Assembly: GCA_036336835.1 (NCBI GenBank)
Contig: JAYZFK010000058.1
Span: 1-61,932, forward strand
Length of the DNA: 61,932 nucleotides
Direction of reading: 5' to 3'
Origin: Myxococcota bacterium
Lineage (GTDB): Bacteria; Myxococcota_A; UBA9160; UBA4427
Positions within the stretch are counted from its first letter, which is position 1. Each line of letters opens with the position of its first letter. Shown piece by piece: positions 29,932 through 39,633 of this stretch. A model generated the notes under the pieces. That model was not told the DNA's origin. It searched no databases and saw only the letters and a list, made by a program, of their open reading frames with translations. A program made the position numbers and the translations under genes.

Positions 29932-31161
29932 ATGCCGAAAACTCTGCTGCTTGCGGACGACAGCGTGGTCATCCAGAAGCTCGTCGGCCTGAGCCTTGCC
30001 AACCAGGACGTCGAGCTGATCACCGCGGACAACGGCGACGACGCGATCGCCCTGGCGACTAGGCATCGCCCCGACGCGGTGATCGCCGACGTGATCATGC
30101 CGGGCAGGAGCGGCTATGAGGTGTGCGAGGCGATCGTGCAGGATCCGGCGCTGACGCACATCCCGGTGCTGCTGCTGACGGGTACCTTCGAAGCGTTCGA
30201 CGAGCAACGCGCGCAGGACGTGGGAGCGGTCGGCCACATCACCAAGCCTTTCGAGGCGCAAGCGCTGGTCGAGCGCGTCGCCGAGCTGTTCTCGGGCGCA
30301 CCGCTCGCCTCGCCTGCAGTCGCTCGGCCCGCCGCCGCTCCCGCGCCGGGAAGCCAGACGGTCTCGGACAGCGCATTCGACTTCTTCGAGGACGACATCA
30401 CCGATCCGTCGCGGCCCCCCATCGCGAGCGAGCCGCTGGCGGAGGCCCTGGCCAGCCCCAATGCGGCAGCCAGGGTCGAGTTCGACCCCGGACTGCTCGG
30501 GAACGACCGCACGCTCGCCGTGATGCCCGGCGACCCCTCGGCAAGCCCGTTCGAGCTCGAACTGGACGGCTCGGCTCCCGTACGACCGGTCGACCTGTTC
30601 GACGTGCGGACCCAGGGCGAGTCCGACTGGCTCGCCCCGCCCGCCGAGTTCGGGACCTTCGCCGAGCCCGCCGCCGACGACGCACCTCCCGGATCGGAGA
30701 CCACACTGCTCGCCGGCGACCTGTTCGACTCGACGGCGCCTGCCGCCGCCCCGGGGAGCCCGATCCGCGAAGCTGCGCGCGACGGTCGCGAGCACGACAC
30801 CCTGTGGACGGAGCCCGCGGAGGCCGATTTCGACCTTTCAGCGTCCGATCTCGCCGCCGTCTCGCCGGGCATCGACCCCGCGGAGGTGCTGGCCAGCCCC
30901 GCCGCGCAGAGCCTCGGCGCGTCCCACGGCCTCGAGGCCGCGTCCCAGGGCCCCGCTCCCGCGGTGTCGACAGCCGCCCGGGAATCGCTGCACGAGACGC
31001 TCGAGAAGGTCGCCTGGGAGGCCTTCTCCGAGCTCTCCGAGCAGGTCGTCCGTCAGGTGCTGGAGCGCGTCGAGACGATCGCCTGGGAAGTGATCCCGCA
31101 GCTGACCGAGACGCTGGTCCGCGAGGAGATCCGGCGCATCAAGGGCGAGGACGAGAGCTAG
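29932..31161 (+). CDS. romR: RomR-like polarity response regulator
   Basis: N-terminal REC (LLADDS, ADVIMP..SGYEVC, KPF), Pro/Ala/acidic linker, C-terminal VETIAWEVIPQLTETLVREEIRRI as in RomR. Confidence 0.85.
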   Translation: MPKTLLLADDSVVIQKLVGLSLANQDVELITADNGDDAIALATRHRPDAVIADVIMPGRSGYEVCEAIVQDPALTHIPVLLLTGTFEAFDEQRAQDVGAVGHITKPFEAQALVERVAELFSGAPLASPAVARPAAAPAPGSQTVSDSAFDFFEDDITDPSRPPIASEPLAEALASPNAAARVEFDPGLLGNDRTLAVMPGDPSASPFELELDGSAPVRPVDLFDVRTQGESDWLAPPAEFGTFAEPAADDAPPGSETTLLAGDLFDSTAPAAAPGSPIREAARDGREHDTLWTEPAEADFDLSASDLAAVSPGIDPAEVLASPAAQSLGASHGLEAASQGPAPAVSTAARESLHETLEKVAWEAFSELSEQVVRQVLERVETIAWEVIPQLTETLVREEIRRIKGEDES

Positions 31162-31175
31162 CAGCTCGCGCCAGC

Positions 31176-31352
31176 TGCTAGAATCCGCCTCCTTCCGCTC
31201 CCGGCGCCGGGGCGCGACCCCCGGGCGTGGGAGCGGATCGCGGACCGGAATGGGCCGGTCGATTCGGGGAGGCGCCGGGTGGGCCCGAGGCTCGCGAGCC
31301 CAGCGGCAGTGACGGGAACCCCTTCCGCCTGCCAAGTACCGGGAGCGCGCGG
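31176..31352 (+). promoter_or_regulatory. Extended -10 promoter plus structured 5' leader of nadC
   Basis: TGCTAGAAT at 31176-31184, several GC stems, and an alternative pairing onto the SD. Confidence 0.5.
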
Positions 31353-32237
31353 ATGACGCGCGTGACGTCTCTCGCCTCGCACCCGCTCCCGCCCCGTTCG
31401 CGTTGGGAGCCGCTGCTCGAAGCAGCGATCGCCGAGGACCTGGGCGCGGGCGACGTCACCAGTCAGATCACCTTCGACCCCAGCGACAGCGCGAGCGCCC
31501 GCATCGAGGCGCGGCAGGACCTCGTGGTGTGTGGTCTGCCCATCGCGGCGGCGGTGTTCGAACACGTCGATGCGACGCTGCGGGTCGAGCCCGTACTGGC
31601 CGAGGGCGAGCGAGCCCGCCCCTACGAGCCGGTACTGCGTCTGCGCGGCGCCGTCCGCGGCCTGCTCGCCGCCGAACGAACGGCGCTCAACTTCCTCGGA
31701 CGGCTCTGCGGCATCGCCAGCCACACGCGCCGCTACGTCGATGCGGTCGCGGGCACGCGTGCGCGGATCGTCGACACGCGCAAGACGCTTCCCGGTTGGC
31801 GCGTGCTCGACAAGTACGCCGTCGTCGTCGGAGGCGGCACCAACCACCGCATGGGGCTGTACGACGGCATCTTGCTGAAGGACAACCACGCCGCCGCAGC
31901 CGGCGGGCTCGAGCGAGCGGTCAAGCGGGCGCTCGCCGAGGCGCCGTCCGGGCTGCGCGTCCAGGTCGAGGTGCAGTCGCTCGAGGAGGCGCTGATCGCC
32001 ATCGGAGCCGGCGCCAGCTTCCTGCTGCTCGACAATCTCACGCCCGAGATCACCATGCTCATCGTCGAGCGCTGCGGCGAAGGCACCGTGCTCGAGAGCT
32101 CGGGAGGGATCACGCTCGACAACGTGCGCGCGTTCGCGGAGACGGGCGTGCAGCGCATCTCGATCGGCGCGCTGACCCACTCCGCGCCGAGCGCAGACAT
32201 CGCGCTCGAGATCGAGCCCGGCGGCGGCCCGCGATGA
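31353..32237 (+). CDS. nadC: Quinolinate phosphoribosyltransferase
   Basis: EDLG.GDVT, ERTALNFL, DTRKTLPG, NHRMGLYD.ILLKDNH, SSGGITL. Confidence 0.96.
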   Translation: MTRVTSLASHPLPPRSRWEPLLEAAIAEDLGAGDVTSQITFDPSDSASARIEARQDLVVCGLPIAAAVFEHVDATLRVEPVLAEGERARPYEPVLRLRGAVRGLLAAERTALNFLGRLCGIASHTRRYVDAVAGTRARIVDTRKTLPGWRVLDKYAVVVGGGTNHRMGLYDGILLKDNHAAAAGGLERAVKRALAEAPSGLRVQVEVQSLEEALIAIGAGASFLLLDNLTPEITMLIVERCGEGTVLESSGGITLDNVRAFAETGVQRISIGALTHSAPSADIALEIEPGGGPR

Positions 32238-33229
32238 GCGACGCGTCGGCTCGGGTACTCGACGCGCTGCGAGGTGCCGCCACAGCCTGCTCGGGCGAGG
32301 TCCTGTCGGGGATCCTGGGAGTCTCGCGGGCACAGGTCTGGAAGCACATCGAGCACCTGCGCCGACGCGGCTACGAGATCGACGGGGAGCCGGGCGGAGG
32401 CTATCGCCTGCGCTCGGCGCCCGACCGCCTGTACCCGGAGGAGCTCGCCGCGCGGCTCGATACGCGCTGGCTCGCGCGCGCGGTCGAGCACCTCGACGAG
32501 ACCGACTCGACCAACCGCGTGGCCGGAGAGCGTGCCCGAGCCGGCGCCGAGCACGGCTACACGGTAATCGCCGAGGCGCAGACCGCCGGACGCGGGCGCC
32601 TGGGCCGCTCCTTCTTCTCTCCGGCAACGCTCAACCTGTACAGCTCGAGCATTCTGCGGCCGGCCCTCGACACGACCGCTGCCCCGACCCTGATCCCGAC
32701 GGCGGCGATCGCCGTCGCGGACGCCGTGGCCGAAGAGCTCGGGCGCTCGGACGACGTCGAGATCAAGTGGCCGAACGACGTCCTGATCGACGGTCGCAAG
32801 ACGTGCGGGATCCTGATGGAGATGCAGAGCGAGGCGGCGAGCGTCGGCTACGTGGTGCTCGGCATCGGCGTCAACCTGAACGTCGCCCCGTCGGACTTCC
32901 CCGAGGAGTTCCGCGCGCACGCCACGAGCGTCAGCGCGCAGGCGGGCCGTCGGATCGATCGTGTGGCGTTCGCCGCGCGGCTCTATCGCCATCTGGAGCG
33001 CCGGCTCGACGAGCACGCGCAAGGTGGATTCGCGAGGCTGCGTCCGCTCTACGAGGCCCATTTTCGGATGCCGGGCCACGAGGTCCGCATCGTCGAGCTC
33101 GACGGCTCGGAGACGACCGGGACGGCCGCGGGTGTGGATGATGACGGCGCGCTGCTCGTCGACCGCGCGAACGGAGAGCGCACTCGGGTGATCGCGGGAG
33201 ACGTAACACGGGCGGGGCGCGTAGGATGA
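32234..33229 (+). CDS. birA: Biotin-protein ligase/repressor
   Basis: N-terminal HTH, DSTN, QTAGRGRLGR, KWPNDV, GIGVN. Confidence 0.96.
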   Translation: MSDASARVLDALRGAATACSGEVLSGILGVSRAQVWKHIEHLRRRGYEIDGEPGGGYRLRSAPDRLYPEELAARLDTRWLARAVEHLDETDSTNRVAGERARAGAEHGYTVIAEAQTAGRGRLGRSFFSPATLNLYSSSILRPALDTTAAPTLIPTAAIAVADAVAEELGRSDDVEIKWPNDVLIDGRKTCGILMEMQSEAASVGYVVLGIGVNLNVAPSDFPEEFRAHATSVSAQAGRRIDRVAFAARLYRHLERRLDEHAQGGFARLRPLYEAHFRMPGHEVRIVELDGSETTGTAAGVDDDGALLVDRANGERTRVIAGDVTRAGRVG

Positions 33230-34044
33230 GCCACCCCATGCTGCTCGTCATCGACATCGGCAACACCAACGTCTCGCTCGGCGTGTTCGACTACAGCAGC
33301 GGTGATTCGCCGGCAAGGCTGGCTCACCACTGGCGGATCAGCACCCACCGCGAGCAGACCTCGGACGAGCTTGGAATCACGCTGCGTTCGCTGTTCCAGC
33401 TGGAAGGTCTCTCGGCCGAGGCGATCACCGACGTGATCGTGTCGAGCGTCGTCCCGCCCTTGCAGCCGATCTGGGAACGCGTCTCCACGAAGCTGTTCGA
33501 TCGTCCGCCCCTGATCGTGGGTCCGGGAATCCGCACCGGGATGCCCGTGCGCTACGAGAATCCCCACGAGGTCGGCGCCGACCGGATCGTGAACGCTGTC
33601 GCGGCGTACGACCTGTTCAGCACGGCCGTGATCGTCGTCGACTTCGGGACGGCGACGACCTTCGACTGCATCTCGAACGCCGGCGAGTACTTGGGCGGCT
33701 CGATCTTTCCCGGCATCCACATCTCGATGGACGCGCTGTTCGATCGCGCCTCGAAGCTCCACCGCGTCGAGCTGGCACGGCCGAGCAGCGTGATCGGCAA
33801 GACGACCACGGCGGCGCTCCAGTCCGGCCTGCTCTACGGCTACGCCGGACTGGTGGATTCGATGGTCGGCCGCATCCGTCCCGAGCTCGGCGGCGAAGCG
33901 CACGTGATCGCGACCGGCGGCCTCGCCGTGCGCATTGCGAACGAGACGAAGTCGATCGAGCGCGTGGAGCCATTCCTCACACTGCAGGGCCTGCGACTGC
34001 TCTACGAGAAGAACCGATCCGAGGGATCGCGCAAGGAAAAATAG
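33226..34044 (+). CDS. coaX: Type III pantothenate kinase
   Basis: IDIGNTN, SSVVP, GADRI, VDFGTATT, ATGG. Confidence 0.96.
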   Translation: MSHPMLLVIDIGNTNVSLGVFDYSSGDSPARLAHHWRISTHREQTSDELGITLRSLFQLEGLSAEAITDVIVSSVVPPLQPIWERVSTKLFDRPPLIVGPGIRTGMPVRYENPHEVGADRIVNAVAAYDLFSTAVIVVDFGTATTFDCISNAGEYLGGSIFPGIHISMDALFDRASKLHRVELARPSSVIGKTTTAALQSGLLYGYAGLVDSMVGRIRPELGGEAHVIATGGLAVRIANETKSIERVEPFLTLQGLRLLYEKNRSEGSRKEK

Positions 34045-34056
34045 GAGCTGCCCCCC

Positions 34057-36117
34057 ATGGAACCCACCCAGATCCGAAGCTTCGCACTCGTTGGACACGC
34101 CGGCGACGGCAAGACCTCGCTCGGCGAGGCGATCCTGCACAAGGCCGGCGCCACGGCCGCGGCCGGCGACGTCACGCAGGGTACGTCGGTCCTGAACTAC
34201 ATGGCCGAGGAGAAGGAAGGCGGCCACACGACGACGGTGCGCTCCGCAATCTTCGGCTTCGACCACGCGGGCAACCAGCTGACGCTCGTCGACACACCCG
34301 GCGATCCGAACTTCCAGGCCGACGGCCTGATCGCGCTCCAAGCCCTCGACGGCGTCATCGCCGTCGTGTCGGCCGTCGACGGCTCGAAGATTGGCACGGA
34401 GAAGATGCTCGCTGCCGTGGACGGCAAGGGAACCCTCGCCTTCATCAATGGTATGGACCGCGAACGCGCGGACTTCGATGCCGCCGTCGCGTCGCTCGCC
34501 CTGGGCGACCGCAAGCTGGTGCCGATCGCGGTCCCGCTCGGCGCGGCCGACGAGTTCCGGGGCACGATCGACCTGCTCGGGGGCAAGCTGTGGACCGACT
34601 CCGGAGCCGTCGACGTCCCGGCCGAGGCGTCCGATGACGTGGCGGCGCGTCGGCTCGAGCTGGTGGAGCTGGTCGCCGAGTGCGACGACGAGCTGCTCGA
34701 GCGCTACCTGGAGGAGGGCGAGCTGTCCGACGACGAGGTCCGGCGCGGGCTGGTCGCGGGCGCGCGCCGCGGAGCTCTGATGCCGGTGCTGTGCGGGAGC
34801 GCGACCGGGGAGATCGGGATCGAGCCCCTGCTCACCGCCATCGGCGACCTGCTGCCCTCACCGGTCGACCGGGGCAGCTGGACCGCCCGGCCCATCGAGG
34901 GCGACGGCGAGGTCCAGGCGGCTCCCGAGCCCGAGGGCCCGCTGGCTGCGGTCGTCTTCAAGACGATGATCGATCGCTATGCCGGCACGTTGAGCGTGCT
35001 CCGCATCGTATCGGGAACGCTCAGCTCGGATTCTTCCGTCCTGAATGCAACCAGCGGCGAGCGCGTGCGCGTGGGCAAGCTGTTCCACCTCAAGGGCGAG
35101 AAGCACGTGGACGCTGTGTCGGCGGGGCCCGGCGAAATCATCGCGGTCGCCAAGCTGAAGGGCGTCCACACCGGCAACGTCGTGACAGCCGAGAAGGACG
35201 GTGTCGTCCTGCCCTCTCCGACGATTCCACAAGGCGTGCTTTCGTACGCCATCTCCCCGAAATCACAGGGGGATGAGGATAAAGTCTACGCATCGCTCGG
35301 CCGACTCCTGGAGGAGGATCCAACGCTGGCCCTGGGACGTGAAGCTTCCACCGGGGAGTTCCTGCTGACCGGGATGGGGGAGCTCCACATCCGGACGACC
35401 GTGCACAAGCTCGCGCGGATGTTCGATTGCGAGGTGGATCTCAAGACGCCCAAGGTCCCGTACCGCGAGACGATCACGGGCAAGGCGGAGCACATTGAGG
35501 GCAAGCTCAAGAAGCAGACGGGTGGCAAGGGCATGTACGGCGTCTGCTATCTGACACTCGAGCCGAAGCCGCGGGGCGAGGGCTTCGAGTTCTCCGACGA
35601 GGTCGTCGGGGGTGCCATCCCTCGCAGCTTGATCCCGGCCGTGGAGAAGGGTGTGCTGGAGGCGTGTGCAACCGGCCCCCTCGCCGGATTCCCGGTGGTC
35701 GACGTGAAGGTCCGCTGCATCGACGGCAAGCATCACTCGGTCGACAGCAACGAAATGGCGTTCAAGCTCGCGGGCTCCTTCGGCTTCAAGACCGCGATGG
35801 AGAAGGCCAGGCCGGTCCTGCTCGAGCCGATCATGGACGTGGAGATCACCGTTCCCGACGAGAACGTCGGGGACATCATGGGTGACGTATCGAGTCGCAG
35901 GGGAAGGGTCCAGACGAGCGAGGCGAAGGGAAACGCGACCGTGGTCATCGCCCGGGTGCCGATGGCGGAAATGCTCGAGTACTCGACGGTGCTCACGAGC
36001 CTTACCGGCGGCAAGGGCGAATTCCACATGCATCTGTCGCACTACGACCCCTGCCCGCGGGACGTGCAGAGCAAGATCATCGCGAAGGCGCAGGCCGCCG
36101 GGGGCGACGCCGAGTAG
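34057..36117 (+). CDS. fusA2: Elongation factor G-like protein (EF-G2)
   Basis: GHAGDGKT, DTPG, EEDPTL, GMGELH, KKQTGG, VDS.EMAF, LLEPIM; divergent G-domain. Confidence 0.9.
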   Translation: MEPTQIRSFALVGHAGDGKTSLGEAILHKAGATAAAGDVTQGTSVLNYMAEEKEGGHTTTVRSAIFGFDHAGNQLTLVDTPGDPNFQADGLIALQALDGVIAVVSAVDGSKIGTEKMLAAVDGKGTLAFINGMDRERADFDAAVASLALGDRKLVPIAVPLGAADEFRGTIDLLGGKLWTDSGAVDVPAEASDDVAARRLELVELVAECDDELLERYLEEGELSDDEVRRGLVAGARRGALMPVLCGSATGEIGIEPLLTAIGDLLPSPVDRGSWTARPIEGDGEVQAAPEPEGPLAAVVFKTMIDRYAGTLSVLRIVSGTLSSDSSVLNATSGERVRVGKLFHLKGEKHVDAVSAGPGEIIAVAKLKGVHTGNVVTAEKDGVVLPSPTIPQGVLSYAISPKSQGDEDKVYASLGRLLEEDPTLALGREASTGEFLLTGMGELHIRTTVHKLARMFDCEVDLKTPKVPYRETITGKAEHIEGKLKKQTGGKGMYGVCYLTLEPKPRGEGFEFSDEVVGGAIPRSLIPAVEKGVLEACATGPLAGFPVVDVKVRCIDGKHHSVDSNEMAFKLAGSFGFKTAMEKARPVLLEPIMDVEITVPDENVGDIMGDVSSRRGRVQTSEAKGNATVVIARVPMAEMLEYSTVLTSLTGGKGEFHMHLSHYDPCPRDVQSKIIAKAQAAGGDAE

Positions 36118-36196
36118 CGGCGGTCGGGGCGCAACCCCGATCCACCACCGCTCGGTGCACCACCGCCTGCCCCTCGCCCGGGGAGACCGAACGCGC

Positions 36197-37270
36197 GTGA
36201 CCGAGAACAACGGTGGAAACCGCATCAAGCTCCGCCTGAGCCAGCAGGCCGAGCGGTACGCTCGCCGGGACGCTCCCGTCGAGATCCGCCGGACCGCGGC
36301 GCGCGGCGCGCTCCCGCTCGAGCCGATCGAGCTCGCGACCGTGCTCTTCGTGCTGATGCACGATGGCGATGCCGAGGTGAAGGACACTGCTCGGACCAGC
36401 CTCGAGCAGCTGCCCAGGCCGCTGCTCGAGACCGTCGTCGGCGGCGCGGCCCACCCCGCCCTGCTCTCGTTGCTCGCTCGAATCCACCGCGACGATGAAG
36501 CGCTCTGCGCCAGCCTGGCGCTCAATCCGGCCTGCGACGACGCCACCGTCGCCTTCCTGGCGACGCTCCCGCTGAGGCAGGTCGTGGACATCGTCAGCCA
36601 CAATCAGGAGCGGATGATGCGCTGCGACGACATCGTCGAAGCGCTCGGCGCCAATCCGCTGACCGGCCGCGCGGTGATCGAACGGATCCTGACCTTCCTG
36701 GGCATCCCCCCCGAGCCCCTGCCGAACGCGGGCCAGGCGGAGCTCAGCAACCAGGACGCCGAGGCGGCCGTGCTGGCCCTGCTCGGCGACGAGTTCACCG
36801 GCTACGCAGGCGAGCTGACTCGGGAGACCGACGAGCCCGTCGAAGAGGACTCGCTCGGAACCAGCCTGTTTGCCGCGCTCCAGAAGATGAACGTGATGCA
36901 GAAGGTCAAGCTCGCCCGACTCGGTGGCAACGAAGCGCGCGCCCTGCTGATCCGCGACCGCAACAAGGTGGTCGCGAGTGCGGCGATCCGCAGCCCGAAG
37001 ATCACCGACGCCGAGGTCGCCGGCTACGCGCAGTCGCGCGGCCTGTGCGACGAGGTCTATCGGATCATCTCGAACAGCCGCGAGTGGACCAAGCACTACC
37101 AGGTGAAGCTCGCCCTCGCGACGAATCCGAAGGTCCCGCTCGCGCAGGCGGTAGGCTTCCTGGCCTACCTCCAGGATCGCGATCTCAAGTCGATCATGAA
37201 GAGCCGCGACGTGCCCTCTGCGGTGTCCACCCAGGCGCGTCGGTTGCTGCAGAAGAAGGGGAAGATCTGA
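36197..37270 (+). CDS. Probable alpha-helical protein of unknown function
   Basis: GC-rich third codon positions; QKVKLARLG..EAR.LLIRD.NK.V...SPKIT, LATNPK repeats; stop overlaps next ATG. Confidence 0.8.
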   Translation: MTENNGGNRIKLRLSQQAERYARRDAPVEIRRTAARGALPLEPIELATVLFVLMHDGDAEVKDTARTSLEQLPRPLLETVVGGAAHPALLSLLARIHRDDEALCASLALNPACDDATVAFLATLPLRQVVDIVSHNQERMMRCDDIVEALGANPLTGRAVIERILTFLGIPPEPLPNAGQAELSNQDAEAAVLALLGDEFTGYAGELTRETDEPVEEDSLGTSLFAALQKMNVMQKVKLARLGGNEARALLIRDRNKVVASAAIRSPKITDAEVAGYAQSRGLCDEVYRIISNSREWTKHYQVKLALATNPKVPLAQAVGFLAYLQDRDLKSIMKSRDVPSAVSTQARRLLQKKGKI

Positions 37271-38325
37271 TGGCCGTACCGATCAGCACGCGCATTCTCT
37301 ACTGGGGCATCGCCGGCGCCGGCAAGTCGACCAACCTGAGCACGATCCACGCGAAGCTGCGCGCAGATCACCGCGGTGAGCTGCGCCAGGTAGCGACGCA
37401 ACTCGACCCGACCGTCACGCACGAGGTTCTGCCGATCCAGCTCGGCGACGTCGGCGGCACCCCGACCGAGATCGAGATCGTCGCGGTACCGGACGGAGCC
37501 CAGCAGGCTCCGACGCGCAAGCAGCTGCTGGACGAGGTCGGAGGAATCGTACTCGTCATCGACGCCAGCCCCGCCCGTGCGGACGAGAACGTGGCTGCGC
37601 GCGAGGAGCTCAGCGAGTCACTCGCGAGCTACGGCCGCGACCTCGCCGATCTGCCGATCGTGGTGCAGTACAACAAACGCGACCTGAGCGACGACAATGG
37701 GATCGAGGCGCTCCACCGCCGGCTGGCGCTGCCCTCTGCGGCCGTCTTCGAGGCGGTGGCGATCGAGGGCACGGGCGTACTCCAGACGTTGACCACCGTC
37801 TCCAAGGCCGTGGTCCGGAACCTGCGCGAGGCACACCGAGCAGTCCCGCGGATCGAAACCGAGAGCGAGCAGCCCGCGCCTGCCCAGACCGGGACCGAGA
37901 CCGCGGCGCTGCTCTCCCCTCCCGCAGCGGGTCGCGCGCAAGCGACCCCCTTCTTGCCGAACGAGCCCGAAGAGCGCGCAGTCCAGGAACGCAACACGCC
38001 CGATGACGTGAGCGCACGGCTCCTCGAGAACGCGCTGGAAGCCGAGGCGGAGGCCTCTCGCGAGGAGCTCGACTCGCACGCGGCACTCGAGCAGGAAGCT
38101 CGCGATCACTTCGACCAGGCCTACGAGCAGCTCGCGCGCGAGGACAAGCCGAAGAACCGACTCTCGCTGGGGCCGGACCTGCGCATCGTTTCGGTGGGGA
38201 GCGCCACACGCCACGACGAACGCAGCATCCGCGTCCCGCTCGTCCTGGGCGACGCGAGCGGCGCGACCGGGAGCATCGCGCTGACGATCTCGCTCGAAGG
38301 CCTCGTGGAAGAAGACGACGAGTGA
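37270..38325 (+). CDS. MglA-like small GTPase with degenerate catalytic residues and C-terminal extension
   Basis: RILYWGIAGAGKSTNL (G1), VVQYNKRDL (G4), EAVA..GTGV; collinear with MglA as recalled. Confidence 0.82.
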   Translation: MAVPISTRILYWGIAGAGKSTNLSTIHAKLRADHRGELRQVATQLDPTVTHEVLPIQLGDVGGTPTEIEIVAVPDGAQQAPTRKQLLDEVGGIVLVIDASPARADENVAAREELSESLASYGRDLADLPIVVQYNKRDLSDDNGIEALHRRLALPSAAVFEAVAIEGTGVLQTLTTVSKAVVRNLREAHRAVPRIETESEQPAPAQTGTETAALLSPPAAGRAQATPFLPNEPEERAVQERNTPDDVSARLLENALEAEAEASREELDSHAALEQEARDHFDQAYEQLAREDKPKNRLSLGPDLRIVSVGSATRHDERSIRVPLVLGDASGATGSIALTISLEGLVEEDDE

Positions 38326-38438
38326 GACGCCCGCTCGGCATCGACGCTGCCGGAGACGAGGCCCCCCAGCAGATCCTCATGGTCTGATACGGTCCCTTCC
38401 CATCTTCGCGGGAGAACGCCGCCGGGAACCCTGATCCG

Positions 38439-39620
38439 ATGATGCCCTTCGACGTCGGCCTCTACCTGAAGCTGATCGGCTACTCGCTGCGCGACGCCAG
38501 AACACCGCGCAGGGTTGGGCGAGTGCTGATCCTCGCGCTGCTCTGCCCGGCAATCGTGGGCTTCGGATCACTCGGCATGCTGCTGGACTGGGTCTTCTTC
38601 CCGGGCCTCCGCAGCACCCGCATCCGCACACCCGTGATCGTCACTGGCCACGCCCGCAGCGGAACCACGCTGATGGTCAAGCTGCTGTCGCGCGACACCC
38701 GCTACGCCTGGGTGATGACCTACGAGATGATCCTGCCGTCGATCACCCAGAAGCGCCTGGCGCGTTGGGCGGCGGCCTTCGACCGCGAGTACCTCGGCAG
38801 CTTCCTCACCACGCGCGTGCGAGCCTGGGAGGACCGCGTCTTCGCGAAGGGACGCGAGATGCACCCGATGGGGCTCTCCATGCCCGAGGAAGACGCCTTC
38901 ATGCTGGCGGCCACCTTCCTGCACGCCCAGATCGGAATGTTCTTCCCGTATCAGCACGAGATCGATCGGTTGTTCTACTTCGATCAGCGCACGCCGCGAC
39001 AGCGCGAGCGTGCGATGAAGTTCTACCAGCGCTGCGTCCGCCGGCACCTCTATCTGCACGGCGGAAACGACGCCGGCGTCGTGTTCCTGAGCAAGAATCC
39101 GACGATGATGGGCGCGCTGGTCTCGCTGCGCGCGATCTTCCCCGACGCCAAGTTCGTCGTAATGATGCGCAGCCCGTACGAGACGATTCCGAGCCTGCTC
39201 AAGATGATGGTGCGCAACTGGCGCATCCTGGGCTACCAGCGCGACGAGATCGACGAGCCGCTCCGCATGCTCGGCGAGCAGTGCCTCTACTACTACCAGT
39301 ATCCGTTCGAGGCCCTGGCCGACCTGCCGCCCGATCGCTGCGCCTTCGTGCGCTACGAGGAGCTGGTCGCGAGCCCGTCGAAGACGATCGAAGCGTTGTA
39401 CGAGCAGTTCGGCTTCTCGCTCTCGCAAGCCTTCGCCGGCGAGCTGCGAAACGAGGAGAGCCGCTCGAGACAGCACCGCGGCGAGCACGTCTACAACCTC
39501 GAGGAGTTCGGGCTCACCCGCGCCGAGATCCGCAAGGCCCTGCCCGAGGCCTTCGAGCGTTTCGGTTGGGACGAGCCCGAGGTGCCCGAGCCCAACTCGC
39601 CGCAGTCCTCGCGCCCGTAG
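38439..39620 (+). CDS. PAPS-dependent sulfotransferase family protein
   Basis: GHARSGTT (5'-PSB), PEED, LSKNP, FPDAKFV...RSP..TIPS, VRYEELV..P. Confidence 0.88.
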   Translation: MMPFDVGLYLKLIGYSLRDARTPRRVGRVLILALLCPAIVGFGSLGMLLDWVFFPGLRSTRIRTPVIVTGHARSGTTLMVKLLSRDTRYAWVMTYEMILPSITQKRLARWAAAFDREYLGSFLTTRVRAWEDRVFAKGREMHPMGLSMPEEDAFMLAATFLHAQIGMFFPYQHEIDRLFYFDQRTPRQRERAMKFYQRCVRRHLYLHGGNDAGVVFLSKNPTMMGALVSLRAIFPDAKFVVMMRSPYETIPSLLKMMVRNWRILGYQRDEIDEPLRMLGEQCLYYYQYPFEALADLPPDRCAFVRYEELVASPSKTIEALYEQFGFSLSQAFAGELRNEESRSRQHRGEHVYNLEEFGLTRAEIRKALPEAFERFGWDEPEVPEPNSPQSSRP

Positions 39621-39633
39621 CGCCGGAAAGGTA

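Noticed and set aside
31186..31347. 6S RNA or SRP RNA identity for the nadC upstream region
   Set aside because: No SRP GGAA-loop/domain IV motif or clear 6S rod with central bubble seen, and not in the usual zapA-ygfA context; kept only as an unassigned structured leader.
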